Of a stretch of 64,000 nucleotides of DNA, positions 61,144-64,000 are shown piece after piece; position 1 is the stretch's first letter, and each line of letters opens with the position of its first letter. A program made the translations under genes and the position numbers. Origin of the DNA: Eledone cirrhosa. Its lineage: Eukaryota. The stretch covers positions 4,154,001 through 4,218,000 of the forward strand of contig OZ024766.1 in the NCBI GenBank assembly GCA_964016885.1, written 5' to 3'. The notes below the pieces were generated by a model. It saw nothing but the letters and a program-made list of their open reading frames with translations. It did not search any database and was not told the origin of the DNA.

Positions 61144-61520
61144 GTGTGTGTGTGTGTATATATATGTGTGTGTGTATATATATATATGTGTGTGTATATA
61201 TATGTGTGTGTGTGTATATATATATATGTGTGTGTGTGTATATATATGTGTATGTGTATATATATATGTGTATGTGTATATATATATATATATGTGTGTG
61301 TGTATATATATATATATATGTGTGTGTGTATGTATATATATATATGTATATGTGTATGTATATATATATATATGTATATGTGTGTGTATATATATATATA
61401 TATGTGTGTGTATATATATATATATGTGTGTGTATATATATGTGTGTGTGTATGTATATATATATATATATGTATATGTGTGTGTATATATATATATATG
61501 TGTGTGTATATATATATATA

Positions 61521-61553
<33 letters not shown>

Positions 61554-61751
61554 GTGTATATATATATATATGTGTGTGTGTATGTATATATATATATGTA
61601 TATGTGTGTGTATATATATATATATGTGTGTGTATATATATGTGTTCGTAATAATATATATGTGTGTGTGTGCGTGTATATATATGTATATGTGTGTGTG
61701 TGCGTGTATATATATGTATATATGTGTGTGTGTATATATATATATGTGTGC

Positions 61752-61795
<44 letters not shown>
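61090..61795. repeat. (TA)n/(TG)n microsatellite
   Basis: Direct reading. Confidence 0.95.
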
Positions 61796-61796
<1 letters not shown>

Positions 61797-62162
61797 CAAG
61801 GGCATTGTTTCAGTAGGGTACTAGAGGACAAGTCACCGCCACTTTTTAAGAGATGGGGAACATTGTTTATTTGATATAATAAATTCTTTTTTAGCTTATT
61901 TTTTTTTATCTGAACTTCATTTGAATATATAAAATTTAATTAGCGTAAAATTTTCCTTATGTGATAGGGTCCAGAAAAGGTACCATAAGCAATAGTAACA
62001 TGCTCCTTTAAGAATCAACAAATGTTGGTTTGTCCCCCTCACATTTTTAAGGCAAACGAGGCCCCTGTATATATGTACATATGTGTGTGTATGTATATAT
62101 ATATATATATATATATAATTATATATATACCGTATTTCCCGGCGTCTCTCTCTCTCTCTCTC

Positions 62163-62213
<51 letters not shown>

Positions 62214-62216
<3 letters not shown>

Positions 62217-62309
62217 ACGAAGGAAATGTGGTAAGGAACCAGGTGGACCATAACGCACCAAAGTACTCAATACTTAGGGTAGTAGAGTGGGTAATAAGAC
62301 CTACTCGTT

Positions 62310-62353
<44 letters not shown>

Positions 62354-62617
62354 ATAAAAGAGAAAAGAGAAAACACAGGTAAGCATTAAGAGAAGGATTT
62401 TATCCAGGTATTTACGACCTGGATCACAATAAGCTATTTTCTGCGTCCCTAACTATATATATATATATATATATATATTTAGTACAGAATTAGCCGTCGA
62501 AACGGCTTGAGCTCAGCCGTCGGGGTCCTACTCGTTCCTATTACCCACTCTACTACCCTAAGTATTGAGTACTTTGGTGCGTTATGGTCCACCTGGTTCC
62601 TTACCACATTTCCTTCG

Positions 62618-62622
<5 letters not shown>
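62214..62622. mobile_element. About 83-bp perfect inverted repeat pair in (TA)n, related to 24026-24160
   Basis: 62214-62296 is the reverse complement of about 62539-62622. Confidence 0.75.
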
Positions 62623-62676
<54 letters not shown>

Positions 62677-62722
62677 CACACACACATTTGTCAAGTATCA
62701 CAAATTTCATACTTGTCGACCC

Positions 62723-62754
<32 letters not shown>

Positions 62755-63536
62755 TACATAAAACTGCTGAATGTGTTTTTCCCTAATGGAGTAGAGTGGA
62801 ATTTGGCTGCTATTTCTACCAGGTCGAACAACAAGGTAAGAGACTCTCTCGTTGTTACGTAATAATTATTTTACTGGATGATGTTGGTTGTTTTACCAGG
62901 GGCTGGACACAACTGACGGGGTGAGTTGATATAACTGAAGGTCTTTCTGAAGGTATTAAATATGTCAGGGAATTTTAACGTACGACACCGGTGTCATTGA
63001 GGAGCGGTGGATATCATCGGAACCGCGTACCTGTCATCTTAATTATAACATTAATTAATCTAATTATATCTTGTGTAGTAATTATCTCATGTTAAGGTGA
63101 AAGTTAATATTCTGTAGATAACATAGAGTGAGCTACATGTTCCAGGGTAGGTGTTCCATCTCCTACATGATTAAATATTTCATTTCATGAGAAACTACGC
63201 TACATCGTGAATTGGTTGCTCCACATTTTACAGGACAGTGAGAAATAGGTTTAAATCACCAACATCTGAACAATTAGCTTTCCTGGTCTTTCTCGACTTT
63301 ACACTTGGACTTGAAATATAAAGTACGTATTATTTGTATTGTTAACACAGCAGATATTGTGTACTTTTCTACACTCCGTGGTAAACAATCCAGGTTTGTT
63401 AGGACTGCTCCTATATACAGCGATACACACCCGATCATATATATATATAAGTACATAGAGGACCATTTCTTACCCCCAAATCACTCGTACACTGTCATAC
63501 CTCTTCTCGAGTTTTGAGAATTCTTCAAGAATTACC

Positions 63537-64000
63537 ATGGAGGATGTTAAACACTTGGACATTTCTACCACACCTGTTTCTACCAATATAGCTACAGTTA
63601 CACAGTCATACAGTGGGGAGAAACCTTTATCCAGTGAAACATGTACTGAACAAGGATCATTACACAGAAATATTCCTGAATATAGCTGTGAGATTTGTAG
63701 GAAAACATTCTCATCAGAAGATGAATTATCTACACACAAACACAAACACTGTGAAACATGTGGGAAATTATTTGCTTCTAAAAGTCATTTCACTGCACAT
63801 AAAAGAACACACACTGGAGAGAAACCCTATCATTGTGAAATATGTGCGAAATCTTTTGTCAGAAACTGTGACTTGACTAGACACAAGAGAACACACACTG
63901 GGGAGAAACCCTACCATTGTGAAATATGTGGGAAATCTTTTACTCATAACTCGGCTCTGTATATGCACATACGTAGTCACACCGGAGAAAAACCCTTCAG
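63537..64000 (+). CDS. C2H2 zinc-finger protein C (5' part, runs off window)
   Basis: MEDVKHLDISTTPVSTN..YSCEICRKTFSSEDELSTHKHKHCETCGK..; open to the window end and absent from the ORF track. Confidence 0.88.
   Translation, partial: MEDVKHLDISTTPVSTNIATVTQSYSGEKPLSSETCTEQGSLHRNIPEYSCEICRKTFSSEDELSTHKHKHCETCGKLFASKSHFTAHKRTHTGEKPYHCEICAKSFVRNCDLTRHKRTHTGEKPYHCEICGKSFTHNSALYMHIRSHTGEKPF

Overview
Eukaryotic, AT-rich, microsatellite-dense animal DNA, most likely from an octopod cephalopod. This is inferred from the tRNA-derived SINE families and the single-exon KRAB-less C2H2 zinc-finger cluster. Genes: (i) OGFOD1/Tpa1 prolyl hydroxylase on the minus strand; 11 exons were reconstructed (21886 to 3582) and the 3' exons lie off the left edge. 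(ii) A complete 5-exon LSM4 on the plus strand (24571-33188), head-to-head with OGFOD1. (iii) Four C2H2 ZNF genes (one minus-strand gene and three plus-strand paralogs about 10 kb apart, the last cut by the window edge) plus a ZNF pseudogene remnant. The rest is SINEs, RTE/CR1/Tx1 LINE fragments, mariner and Helitron relics, TTAA-flanked piggyBac-type MITEs, and tandem arrays grown out of these elements. Most ORFs in the supplied track are repeat artefacts. The most notable unexplained signal is a set of type-I hammerhead ribozyme folds (CUGANGA...GAAA...NUH with stems I-III) from several short repeat families, mostly beside (TA)n tracts, resembling retrozyme or Penelope pLTR modules. One lies about 25 nt from a displaced copy of OGFOD1 exon 2. 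All structures were folded by eye; none was tested computationally.
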